From assembly GCA_002413045.1 (NCBI GenBank), contig DHWF01000026.1, forward strand, positions 91,354-155,353: a stretch of DNA of 64,000 bases, written 5' to 3'. The translations under genes were made by a program, and so were the position numbers. Source of the DNA: Chloroflexi bacterium UBA5189. GTDB lineage: Bacteria > Chloroflexota > Limnocylindria > Limnocylindrales > CSP1-4. The stretch's first letter is position 1, and each line of letters begins with the position of its first letter. A model generated the notes under the pieces. That model ran no database searches, was not told where the DNA came from, and saw only the letters and a program-made list of their open reading frames with translations. Of this stretch, positions 54,377 through 62,874 are shown one piece after another.

Positions 54377-56238
54377 TCGGCGGTCCCCCACTCCTCGATC
54401 AGGTCGGACAGGCCCTTGCCCGCCGGCATCATCGGGAAGACGTTCTGCTCGCCGGCGATCTCGAACCAGATGAGGGCCGGCCCTTTGACGCCCTGTGCGA
54501 ACCGGATCGCTTCGTCGACTGCGGCCGGCGTCGACGCCTTCATCGACGGGATGCCGTAGGCCTCGGCGAGCTTCAGGTAGTCCGGGCCCATCAGGTGGGC
54601 CGAGTGGAAGTTGCCCGCGTAGATGATCTCCTGCCACTGCCGGATCATCCCGAGCTTCTTGTTGTCGAAGAGCGCGATCTTCACCGGGATCTCGTCCTGG
54701 ACGAGCGTCATCAGCTCCTGCGACGTCATCTGGAAGCCGCCGTCGCCGACGATCGCCCAGACCTCGCGATCCGGGACACCGAGCGCGGCGCCCATCGCCG
54801 CCGGGACCGCGTAGCCCATGGTCCCGAGGCCGCCCGAGGACAGATGCGTGTTCGGGTGGCGGAAGCCCGCGTAGCGGGCGAGCCACATCTGGTTCTGGCC
54901 GACATCGCCGACGTAGATGCCCTCGTGTTCCGTCAGCTCGCCGATCCGCTCGACGACATAGTCAGCGGAAAGCTGGCCGTCGCGCCACGCCCCGGAGCCG
55001 TGCCACGAGCTGGCTTCCGATTCGCGCTTCCAGCCCGCCAGCTGCTCCAGGTATGGCGCGCGCTGCTCGGCGGAGACGGCCTCGACCATCGGGGTGAGGG
55101 TTGCCAGCACACGCTTCGCATCGCCCACGATCGGCACCTCGACGGCGACGTTCTTGCCGATCTCGGCCGGGTCGATGTCGACGTGGACGATTCGCGCGTA
55201 CGGCGCGTACGTGCGCACGTTGCCGGTAACCCGGTCGTCGAAGCGCATCCCGATCGCGAACAGGAGATCCGCCGACTGGATCGCTCGGTTGACGTGCTTC
55301 CAGCCGTGCATGCCCATGAACCCGTAGGCGAGGGGATGCCGCTCGTCCAGCGCGCCGATGCCCAGGAGGGTCCACGCGACCGGCGCGTTGAGCTTCTCGG
55401 CGAACGCGAGGAGCTCCGCCTCGGCGCCGGCATGGAGGATCCCGTGGCCGGCGAGGATCACGGGTCGCTCTGCCGCCGCGATCTCGGCGGCGGCGAGCTT
55501 GAGCTGCTTGTAGTTGCCGTCCATCGTGGGGCGGAAGCCCGGCAGTCCCGCCACGACCTCCTCGGCCGACGGGTGCTCGGCGGAGGTTTCCTGCTGGAGC
55601 GCGTCCTTCGTGATGTCGACGTGGACCGGCCCGGGCCGGCCGCTGCGGGCGATGTGGAATGCCTCGGCGATCACGCGGGGCAGCTCGTTGGCGTCGCGGA
55701 CGAGGTAGTTGTGCTTCGTCATCGGCAGGGTGATGCCGTTGATGTCGATCTCCTGGAACGCGTCCTTCCCGATGAGGGCGGAGGGAACGTTGCCGGTGAT
55801 CGCGACCATCGGGATCGAGTCGAGCATTGCCGTGCCGATCCCGGTGACGAGGTTCGTGGCGCCCGGGCCGGAGGTGCCCATGCACACGCCGACCTTGCCG
55901 GTCGCCCGGGCGTAGCCGTCGGCGGCGTGGGCGCCACCCTGCTCGTGGCGAACGAGCACGTGCCGCAGCTGCGGGTAGTCGCCCAGGATGTCGTAGAGCG
56001 GCAGGATCACGCCGCCCGGGTAGCTGAACATGACGTCGACGCCCTGGCGGAGGAGCGCCTCGCACAGCACGTCCGCCCCGATCCGTGGGCGCGCTCCGCG
56101 CTCGCCGGTGGGGACCGACGAGGTTGACGAGCCTTCGTGGAGCATCTCGCGCTGCGCCCGCTCCACCGCTGCGGCGTGTTCGGTCCCGTCCGCCGGCATG
56201 TGGCTCCGGCGCGCGCGGTCGCGCTTGGTCAGCGTCAC
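54373..56238 (-). CDS. ilvB: acetolactate synthase large subunit (biosynthetic AHAS)
   Basis: TPP enzyme with an FAD-binding middle domain and motifs (GTSGPGATNLVTGI, GDGGFQMTSQEL). GTG at 56238 is preceded by GGAGGG at 9 nt. Confidence 0.85.
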   Translation of the reverse strand: MTLTKRDRARRSHMPADGTEHAAAVERAQREMLHEGSSTSSVPTGERGARPRIGADVLCEALLRQGVDVMFSYPGGVILPLYDILGDYPQLRHVLVRHEQGGAHAADGYARATGKVGVCMGTSGPGATNLVTGIGTAMLDSIPMVAITGNVPSALIGKDAFQEIDINGITLPMTKHNYLVRDANELPRVIAEAFHIARSGRPGPVHVDITKDALQQETSAEHPSAEEVVAGLPGFRPTMDGNYKQLKLAAAEIAAAERPVILAGHGILHAGAEAELLAFAEKLNAPVAWTLLGIGALDERHPLAYGFMGMHGWKHVNRAIQSADLLFAIGMRFDDRVTGNVRTYAPYARIVHVDIDPAEIGKNVAVEVPIVGDAKRVLATLTPMVEAVSAEQRAPYLEQLAGWKRESEASSWHGSGAWRDGQLSADYVVERIGELTEHEGIYVGDVGQNQMWLARYAGFRHPNTHLSSGGLGTMGYAVPAAMGAALGVPDREVWAIVGDGGFQMTSQELMTLVQDEIPVKIALFDNKKLGMIRQWQEIIYAGNFHSAHLMGPDYLKLAEAYGIPSMKASTPAAVDEAIRFAQGVKGPALIWFEIAGEQNVFPMMPAGKGLSDLIEEWGTAE

Positions 56239-56282
56239 GAGCGTTCGCCCTCCGCTTCGATCACGTCGGCCTCCAGGTCATA

Positions 56283-56309
56283 CAAAAACCCCCGCCTCTT
56301 GGCGGGGGT
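56283..56309 (-). terminator. rho-independent terminator hairpin (ACCCCCGCC-AAGA-GGCGGGGGU) plus UUUUUG tract, 45 nt upstream of ilvB start; putative attenuator terminator
   Basis: Perfect 9-bp GC stem with a 4-nt loop and a U-run on the minus strand. It lies between the leader ORF stop and the ilvB SD. Confidence 0.6.
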
Positions 56310-56336
56310 CCGGTTGGTCGTCAGTGGTGGTGATCG

Positions 56337-56543
56337 CTAGCTGCGATCGTCCTTCCGCGTCCCTCCGTGCTCCCGCCGAGCGCCGGTAATGAGGAGCACG
56401 AGGCTCTCAATCCCGACCAGGATCGAGCGGATAAGGGAGAGGACGGGTACCTCGGGCTGCTCCACGGGCAGCTGCACGCGGCGGCCGTCGGACGTCACGG
56501 CGACGCGGACGGGGCGGCGGTCAGGCTGGTCGAAGAGGCCCAT
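56337..56543 (-). CDS. putative ilv leader peptide ORF with branched-chain-rich C-terminal tract (maximal extent; start undefined)
   Basis: The high-GC3 frame ends 28 nt before the terminator. Its C-terminal tract VPVLSLIRSILVGIESLVLLITG has 13 of 23 residues Leu/Ile/Val. The first ATG gives 68 aa, and GTG options give 42-46 aa. No clear SD. Confidence 0.3.
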   Translation of the reverse strand: MGLFDQPDRRPVRVAVTSDGRRVQLPVEQPEVPVLSLIRSILVGIESLVLLITGARREHGGTRKDDRS

Positions 56544-56667
56544 TGGTGCGTGCAGTCTACGGGGCCGATGCTTGAATGCGCAACCGGTACGGTTCGGTGC
56601 CGGCACAAGCGGCGAGTACTGCCGGGCGACGGTGGCCGGAGCGGCGGGGCTGGAGAGCCGGCGCTGA

Positions 56668-57048
56668 TCAGCCCGCGATCGGCGCAACCACCAGCGTCTG
56701 TCCCCGCGGCGATTGGCGACGGGCTCGATACCACGCCAGGTACTCGAGCAGCTCATCGCGCTCGTCCACCGTGAGGTCCGCGAACAACGCCGCGCCGATC
56801 GTGTCCTGCTTCGGCGCCGCGCCGTCGCCAGGGACGGGGTACCCGCTCGCGCGCATCAGCTCCGCATACGGAACGGCGAGCACCTCGCTGAGCTGGTGGA
56901 GGACCGGCGGCGACGGCTTCTTGACCGAGTCCCGCTCGAGCTTGCTGAGGTAGGCCGCCGAGATGCCCGCCGCGCGCGCGACGTCTGCCGCCGATAGCGC
57001 GCGAACCTGCCGAGTCCGCTTCAACAGTGGCCCGATCGCTGGTGCCAT
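56668..57048 (-). CDS. XRE-family (Cro/C1-type HTH) transcriptional regulator
   Basis: HTH_3 region LSAADVARAAGISAAYLSKLERDSVKKPSPPVLHQLSEVLAVPYAEL. Confidence 0.7.
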   Translation of the reverse strand: MAPAIGPLLKRTRQVRALSAADVARAAGISAAYLSKLERDSVKKPSPPVLHQLSEVLAVPYAELMRASGYPVPGDGAAPKQDTIGAALFADLTVDERDELLEYLAWYRARRQSPRGQTLVVAPIAG

Positions 57049-57062
57049 GTCGTCCTCGTGCT

Positions 57063-57091
57063 CTACAGTTGATATGAATAACTACAGTTGA
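57063..57091. promoter_or_regulatory. direct repeat CTACAGTTGA x2 (19-bp phasing) in an AT-rich island with TTGACA hexamer; candidate XRE operator / divergent promoters
   Basis: Seen in sequence 15-43 nt upstream of the XRE start and about 125 nt upstream of the divergent small-protein operon. Confidence 0.45.
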
Positions 57092-57213
57092 CAATACCAC
57101 GCGGCGCTGCTCCACTGCAACTGACAGCAGTGGCCGGAGCGCAAGCCGGCGGAGGTCCATCGACCCCCGCTTCCCCGGATGCCGATCAGGCGATCTGGAG
57201 GCAAGCATCGACC

Positions 57214-57411
57214 ATGGATCAGTCGGAATTCACCTGGGAGTCCACGCCGTACACCGACGCCGGTCCCTCGCAGTCGGCGGGCCGGCGCAGCCCTTGGGGC
57301 GTCGGGGTCGTCGCCGTCCTGCGCGGTATCGCGCTCCTGGTCATCGCCACCCTCGCGATCCTCGTCCTGCTTCCCGCAGCCATCGCCGCCCAGGCCGCAT
57401 TCGCGGTCTGA
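57214..57411 (+). CDS. small hypothetical membrane protein (65 aa, one TM)
   Basis: GGAGG lies 12 nt upstream of the ATG. TM segment VAVLRGIALLVIATLAILVLLPAAIAA. Confidence 0.45.
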   Translation: MDQSEFTWESTPYTDAGPSQSAGRRSPWGVGVVAVLRGIALLVIATLAILVLLPAAIAAQAAFAV

Positions 57412-57450
57412 CGTCCTGACGCATCTGTTCGCATTCCACCTGGAGAAACC

Positions 57451-57891
57451 ATGACAGTCGAGAACACCCAACGCACCGTCTCCACCACGGGGCTCGCCGG
57501 CCCCACGGACGGCCAGATCCAGACCGCGGCACCAGTCAGCGTCGCCCGCGAAACGGTCCGCACGGACAGCCGCGTCACCACGTCCAGCCCAGCCGGCCCG
57601 GAGCTCGGCAGGCGCATCGTCGTCCTCGTTTTCGGGCTCATCCAGCTGGTCATCGGGGCGCGCTTCGTGCTCCTGCTCCTCGATGCCCGCGAGGCGAACG
57701 GCCTCGTGTCGGGGATCCTCAACCTCAGCCAGCTCTTCGTCGGACCGTTCGAGGGCATCCTCCGATCGGACGCGCTGCATGCTGGCGGCTCGACTTTCGA
57801 CATCGCCGCGCTCGTCGCGCTCGTCGGCTGGACGATCCTCGAGGTCGTCGTGATCAAGGCCATCGCGATCTTCCAGCGCGAGCCGGTCTGA
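57451..57891 (+). CDS. YggT-family-like 2-TM membrane protein with disordered N-terminal extension (paralog of 24057..24479)
   Basis: GGAGAAACC precedes the ATG. About 60% identity to the first copy over the C-terminal 95 aa (RRIVVLVFGLIQLVIGARFVLLLLDAREANGLVS...). Confidence 0.6.
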   Translation: MTVENTQRTVSTTGLAGPTDGQIQTAAPVSVARETVRTDSRVTTSSPAGPELGRRIVVLVFGLIQLVIGARFVLLLLDAREANGLVSGILNLSQLFVGPFEGILRSDALHAGGSTFDIAALVALVGWTILEVVVIKAIAIFQREPV

Positions 57892-57966
57892 CCCACCGGG
57901 TCAGCAAGCGTCAATGCAGCGCACGGCGATCGATCGCCGGCGACACACGGAAGGGACTAGCTTCAA

Positions 57967-58239
57967 ATGGGTTTCATCGCATGGATCATCGTCGGCGCCA
58001 TCGCCGGCTTCCTCGCCAACATGGTCATGGGCTCGCGTGAGGGCCTCCTGATGATGGTCGTCCTCGGCATCGTCGGCGGCCTCGTCGGCGGTTTCATCGC
58101 CACGAGCGTCTTCAAGATCGGCTCGGTCAACGGCATCAACATCGAGAGCATCGTGATCGCGACCCTTGGCGCGATCCTCGTTGTCTTCGTCGTCAACGCC
58201 CTCCGAGGTGGTAACCGCCTCGGGCGCAGCGCGAGCTAG
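57967..58239 (+). CDS. GlsB/YeaQ/YmgE family stress-response membrane protein
   Basis: MGFIAWIIVGAIAGFLANMV... It is a paralog of 28763..29044. Confidence 0.75.
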   Translation: MGFIAWIIVGAIAGFLANMVMGSREGLLMMVVLGIVGGLVGGFIATSVFKIGSVNGINIESIVIATLGAILVVFVVNALRGGNRLGRSAS

Positions 58240-58381
58240 ATCGGGAGCGTCCGACCTGCGGGCGGCCGCTCCTCAGAACAACGCCGGATCCGGTGCTGCA
58301 GCGCGCAGCGCCCGGTCCGGCGTTTCGATTCCGGGACGCCGTCGCTTCGTGTGCGCGGCCGACGGCGTACCCTCGGCGCCA

Positions 58382-59338
58382 ATGACGTATTCGATCGTCG
58401 CGCTCGATCCGGCGACCGGCGACCTCGGCGTCGCCGTCCAGTCCAAGTTCCTGGCTGTCGGCGCCGTGGTGCCGTGGGCGCAGGCCGGGGTCGGGGCGGT
58501 CGCCACGCAGTCGTTCGCCAACGTGACGTTCGGTCCGGGCGGCCTCGCGCGACTGGCGAGCGGGATGTCCGCGGCACAGGTGCTGGAGCGCCTCGTGAGC
58601 GCGGATCCGTTGCGGAGCCAGCGCCAGGTCGGCATCGTCGACGCGCATGGCGGCTCGGCAACGCACACGGGCGGCGGGTGCTTCGCGTGGGCCGGCGGCC
58701 TCACCGGTCCCGGGTTCGCGGCCCAGGGCAACATCCTCGCGCAGGCGTCCGTGGTGGACGGTCTCGCCGACACGCTCCTCGCCGGCGGGCGCCCGTTCCC
58801 CGAGCTGCTCGTCGCGTGCCTCGCCGCGGCCGACGCGCAGGGTGGCGACCGTCGCGGGCGCGAGTCGGCGTCGCTCCTCGTCGTCCGTGCGAACGCGGGC
58901 TACGGCGGCGCGAACGACCGCTGGATCGACCTGCGGGTCGATCACGACGACGATCCGATCGGCCAGCTCGGCGGCCTCCTGGACCTCCAGCGCCTGTACC
59001 TGGACCGACCGACGCCGGAGGAGCTTGCTCCGCTCGACGAAGGCCTGGCCACGGAGATCCGCTCGCTGCTCTCGAAGGTCGGCGCGGAGCCCGGCGGCCG
59101 GTTCGGCAACGTCTACGCGCCGATGTTCCCGGACCAGGTTGCCGAGGCGGGCCCGGAAGCGAGCGAGCGCCCGATGACCGGCACGCCGACGGCGCTGCCG
59201 TCGAACTGGGACTCGACCTGGCAGGGCGCGCTCGAGGACTGGATGGGCGTCGAGAACCTCGAGGAGCGCACCACCGCGCCAGGCTGGATCGACCCGCGTG
59301 TCCTGGCCGTGCTCCGCTCGAAGGCCGCCGCCGTCTAG
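58382..59338 (+). CDS. DUF1028 family (Ntn-hydrolase-like) protein with C-terminal putative peptidoglycan-binding region
   Basis: The MTYSIVALDPATGDLGVAVQSKF N-terminus is typical of DUF1028 (Thr2 nucleophile). The ORF-track start at 58166 is an over-extension. Confidence 0.7.
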   Translation: MTYSIVALDPATGDLGVAVQSKFLAVGAVVPWAQAGVGAVATQSFANVTFGPGGLARLASGMSAAQVLERLVSADPLRSQRQVGIVDAHGGSATHTGGGCFAWAGGLTGPGFAAQGNILAQASVVDGLADTLLAGGRPFPELLVACLAAADAQGGDRRGRESASLLVVRANAGYGGANDRWIDLRVDHDDDPIGQLGGLLDLQRLYLDRPTPEELAPLDEGLATEIRSLLSKVGAEPGGRFGNVYAPMFPDQVAEAGPEASERPMTGTPTALPSNWDSTWQGALEDWMGVENLEERTTAPGWIDPRVLAVLRSKAAAV

Positions 59339-59395
59339 GTACCGCGACGATCGGTGGATCGTCGATTTCGTGCGGTCGGGCAGAATGCGCCGGAC

Positions 59396-60844
59396 ATGGA
59401 TGCTGCTGCCGCGCCCCGGACGCTCGTCGACAAGATCTGGGACGACCACGTGGTCGCCCAGGCGAAGGACGCGCCGAGCGTCCTTGCCGTTGACCTGCAC
59501 CTCGTCCACGAGGTCACGAGCCCGCAGGCATTCACCGGACTGCGCCGGCGCGGATTGCCGGTTCGGCATCCCGAGCGGACGGTCGCGACGGCGGACCACT
59601 CGGTACCGACCACGCCGCGCAACCTGCCCATCCTCGACGCAATGGCCGCGGCCCAGGTCGACCAGCTCACCGCAAACTGCGCCGAGTTCGGCATCCCGCT
59701 CCACGGCCTCGGGTCGCCGAGCCAGGGCATCGTCCACGTCATCGGGCCGCAGCTCGGGCTCACCCAGCCGGGCATGACCATCGTCTGCGGCGACTCGCAC
59801 ACGAGCACGCACGGTGCGTTCGGCGCGCTCGCATTCGGCATCGGGACGAGCGAGGTCGAGATGGTCCTCGCGACGCAGTGCCTGCTCCAGCGCCGGCCGA
59901 AGACCTACGAGGTCCGGGTCGACGGACGGCTCGCGCCCGGCGTCAGCGCGAAGGACGTGATCCTGAACCTGCTGTCCCGCATCGGCGTGGCCGGCGGAAC
60001 GGGCCACGTGTTCGAGTACCGCGGGTCGGCGATCGAGGCGCTTTCGATGGAGCAGCGCATGACGATCTGCAACATGTCGATCGAGGGCGGCGCCCGCGCC
60101 GGCCTGATCGCGCCGGACGAGACGACGTTCTCCTACCTCGCCGGCCGCACGCACGCACCGACGGGCGCCGCGTGGGACGCGGCCGTGGAGCGGTGGCGCA
60201 CGCTCCCGACCGACGACGGCGCGACGTTCGACAAGACGATCTCGATCGACGCCACCGCCCTCGAGCCGATGATCACGTACGGCACGAACCCCGGCATGGG
60301 CCTCCCGATCTCTGCCAACGTCCCGGATCCGGAGGCCACCGCGGACGGGCCGGGCCGACGTGCGATCGAGCAGGCGCTCGGCTACATGGACCTGCGGCCG
60401 GGCGAGCCGATCCTCGGCCAGAAGGTCGACGTGGTGTTCGTGGGCTCGTGCACGAACGGCCGGATCAGCGACCTTCGGCTCGCGGCGGCCGCGCTCGACG
60501 GGCGCAAGGTCGCCGCCGGCGTGCGGATGCTCGTCGTGCCCGGCTCCGACGAGGTCAAGCGCGAGGCGGAGCGGGAGGGGCTCGACGCCATCTTCCGCGC
60601 CGCGGGAGCGGACTGGCGCGAGGCCGGCTGCTCGATGTGCATCGCGATGAACGGTGACCAGCTGACGCCCGGCCAGTACGCGGTGAGCACGTCGAATCGG
60701 AACTTCGAGGGTCGCCAGGGCAAGGGCGGCCGCACGTTCCTCGCGTCGCCGCTGACGGCGGTTGCCTCCGCAATCGCCGGCGTGATCGCCGACCCGCGCC
60801 GCCTGCCGGGCATCGAGGCGCTCGGCGCCGTGGGCGGCCGCTGA
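59396..60844 (+). CDS. leuC: 3-isopropylmalate dehydratase large subunit
   Basis: Aconitase-family motifs ([35 protein letters not shown]). ATG at 59396 ([18 protein letters not shown]). Confidence 0.9.
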   Translation: MDAAAAPRTLVDKIWDDHVVAQAKDAPSVLAVDLHLVHEVTSPQAFTGLRRRGLPVRHPERTVATADHSVPTTPRNLPILDAMAAAQVDQLTANCAEFGIPLHGLGSPSQGIVHVIGPQLGLTQPGMTIVCGDSHTSTHGAFGALAFGIGTSEVEMVLATQCLLQRRPKTYEVRVDGRLAPGVSAKDVILNLLSRIGVAGGTGHVFEYRGSAIEALSMEQRMTICNMSIEGGARAGLIAPDETTFSYLAGRTHAPTGAAWDAAVERWRTLPTDDGATFDKTISIDATALEPMITYGTNPGMGLPISANVPDPEATADGPGRRAIEQALGYMDLRPGEPILGQKVDVVFVGSCTNGRISDLRLAAAALDGRKVAAGVRMLVVPGSDEVKREAEREGLDAIFRAAGADWREAGCSMCIAMNGDQLTPGQYAVSTSNRNFEGRQGKGGRTFLASPLTAVASAIAGVIADPRRLPGIEALGAVGGR

Positions 60845-60864
60845 TGCGCGCGAGTCGCTGAGCG

Positions 60865-61485
60865 ATGGCCGAACCGTATTCGAGCTTCTCGAGCCGGGTC
60901 ATCCCGCTGCCCGCCGAGAACGTCGACACCGACCAGATCGTGCCGGCGCGCTTCCTGAAGGTCACCGACAAGGCGGGCCTCGGGGACGCGCTCTTCCGTG
61001 ACTGGCGGTTCGAGGCGGACGGGTCCCTCAAGAATCCCGCGTTCGTGCTCGACAAGCCGGAAATGGCCGGCCGCCAGATCCTCCTCGCCGGCGACAACTT
61101 CGGCTGCGGCTCGTCGCGCGAGCACGCGCCGTGGGCGCTCGTGGCCTGGGGCGTCCGCGCGGTGATCACCACGAGCTGCGCCGACATCTTCCGTGGCAAC
61201 GCCCTCAAGAACGGCCTGCTGCCGATCAACGTCTCACCGGAGCGGCTCACCCAGCTCTTCGAGATGAGCGCGGCCGATCCCGACATCGAGCTCACCATCG
61301 ATCTCGAGTCGCAGGTCGTCCACCTGCCGGGCGACGAGGACCTCCCGTTCGACGTCGACCCGTTCGCGAAGCTGATGCTCCTGCGCGGCACCGACGAGCT
61401 CGGCTACCTGCTCGGAAAGGCCGACGCGATCGACGCGTGGGAGGCCGCCCGCCCGGCGAGAGTCGACACGCGCATCGGAACCTGA
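60865..61485 (+). CDS. leuD: 3-isopropylmalate dehydratase small subunit
   Basis: VDTDQIVPARFLK...GDNFGCGSSREHAPWAL. Confidence 0.85.
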   Translation: MAEPYSSFSSRVIPLPAENVDTDQIVPARFLKVTDKAGLGDALFRDWRFEADGSLKNPAFVLDKPEMAGRQILLAGDNFGCGSSREHAPWALVAWGVRAVITTSCADIFRGNALKNGLLPINVSPERLTQLFEMSAADPDIELTIDLESQVVHLPGDEDLPFDVDPFAKLMLLRGTDELGYLLGKADAIDAWEAARPARVDTRIGT

Positions 61486-61681
61486 GCCGAGAGGTTGCCC
61501 AGCTGACGGCCACCCAGGTCCACCTCGACCCGCTGGCATCGGGCGCCTGGGCGATCTCGGCACACGGTGATGCCCCGGCGATCACGCTCGACGTTCCGTG
61601 AGCATTCGCATGCAAGCCGCGTTTGAGGTGGCGTCGGGCGGCTGACACGCCCTCCCGCCGGCGCTGTGTCAGGATCGGGCG

Positions 61682-62857
61682 GTGAATCCGATGGACCTGA
61701 TCGCGATCGCGCTGATCGTGATCGCGGTCATCCTCGGCGTCCGATCGGGGGCGTTGCCGCAGCTGTGTGGCCTGACCGGCGCCGCGATCGCGGCGCTCGT
61801 CGGGCTGGCGATCCTGCCGGCCGCGATCCCGCTCCTCGACGGCATCCCGCCGGCGATCCGCGCGATCGTCGTGCTGTCGGTCCTGCTCGGGCTGGTCGGG
61901 CTCGGCGAGGCGCTCGGCGCGACCGGTGGACGGGCGATGTCGAAGGCGCTCGGCACGGGCTTCCTCGGGACGCTCGATCAGGTCTCCGGCGCGTTCGTCG
62001 GGGTCGCACAGGCCGTGCTCGTGCTGTGGCTCGCCGGCGGGGTCATCGCGTCCGGGCCGTTTCCAAATCTCAGCCAGCTCGCCCAGCGATCCACCGCGCT
62101 CCGGATCGTCGATGCGGTCCTCCCGCCGCCGACGGAGATCGTCCTCGGGCTCGGCCAGGTCCTCGATGACACTGGACTGCCGAACGTCTTCATCGGGCTC
62201 GAGCAGCTGCCGGCGCCGGACATCCAGCTGCCGTCCGACGCCCTCGCGCGCCAGATCGGCGGGCGAGCGGCCGGCTCGGTGCTGCGCGTCATCGCGGATG
62301 GCTGCGACCAGCGAGCGAGCGGCTCGGCGTTCGTGGTCGCCCCCGACTACCTGGTGACCAACGCCCATGTCGTCATCGGGGCCGACAGCATCATCGTCCA
62401 GACCTCGAACCAGTCGTACACGGCGACGCCCGTCCTCGTGGACCTGGAGCTCGACATCGCGGTCCTCCACGCGCCAGGGGTCACGGCGCCGCCGCTCGCC
62501 TTCACGAGCTCCGAGCCGGAGCGCGGCTCGCTCGGCGCCACCGTCGGCTACCCGGGCGGTGGCAACGAGGCGGTCACCGCGGCGACGGTCGCCGCGACGT
62601 ACTTCGCCAACGGGCTCGACGTCACCGGCGGCGCCCGGGTCACGCGCCGGATCCTCGAGCTCCGCGCGACGATCATCCCGGGTGACAGCGGCGGCCCGCT
62701 GGTCCTCGAGGACGGCACGGTCGGGGGCGTCGTGTTCGCCCAGTCAAAGGTCGATCCGACGGTCGGCTATGCGCTCGCCCCGAAGCAGGTCCTCGACGAG
62801 ATCGCGCCGGCGCTTGCCCGCGATCAGGCGGTGTCGACCGGGCCCTGCCTGCACTGA
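61682..62857 (+). CDS. MarP-family membrane serine protease (CvpA-like 4-TM domain + trypsin-like S1 domain)
   Basis: An N-terminal polytopic CvpA-like region is followed by a protease domain (GSAFVVAPDYLVTNAHVV...D at LDIAVL...IPGDSGGPLV). The start is GTG 61682 or ATG 61691. Confidence 0.75.
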   Translation: MNPMDLIAIALIVIAVILGVRSGALPQLCGLTGAAIAALVGLAILPAAIPLLDGIPPAIRAIVVLSVLLGLVGLGEALGATGGRAMSKALGTGFLGTLDQVSGAFVGVAQAVLVLWLAGGVIASGPFPNLSQLAQRSTALRIVDAVLPPPTEIVLGLGQVLDDTGLPNVFIGLEQLPAPDIQLPSDALARQIGGRAAGSVLRVIADGCDQRASGSAFVVAPDYLVTNAHVVIGADSIIVQTSNQSYTATPVLVDLELDIAVLHAPGVTAPPLAFTSSEPERGSLGATVGYPGGGNEAVTAATVAATYFANGLDVTGGARVTRRILELRATIIPGDSGGPLVLEDGTVGGVVFAQSKVDPTVGYALAPKQVLDEIAPALARDQAVSTGPCLH

Positions 62858-62874
62858 TCGCCTAGCATCCGCGG

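Noticed and set aside
57116-57141. TGCAAC hexamer upstream of the locus-B small-protein operon, and at 29654
   Set aside because: These copies lack the CGTTG element at +15. They were not counted as members of the bipartite promoter motif, though they may be related half-sites.
58193-60154. 653-aa minus-strand ORF opposite DUF1028 and leuC
   Set aside because: Shadow ORF, Arg-rich. leuC homology on the plus strand is unambiguous.
61486-61681. Possible terminator or hairpin after leuD (GTCGGGCGG...CCCGCCGG)
   Set aside because: The arms are not truly complementary (CGGGCGG versus CGGCGGG), so no convincing structure.
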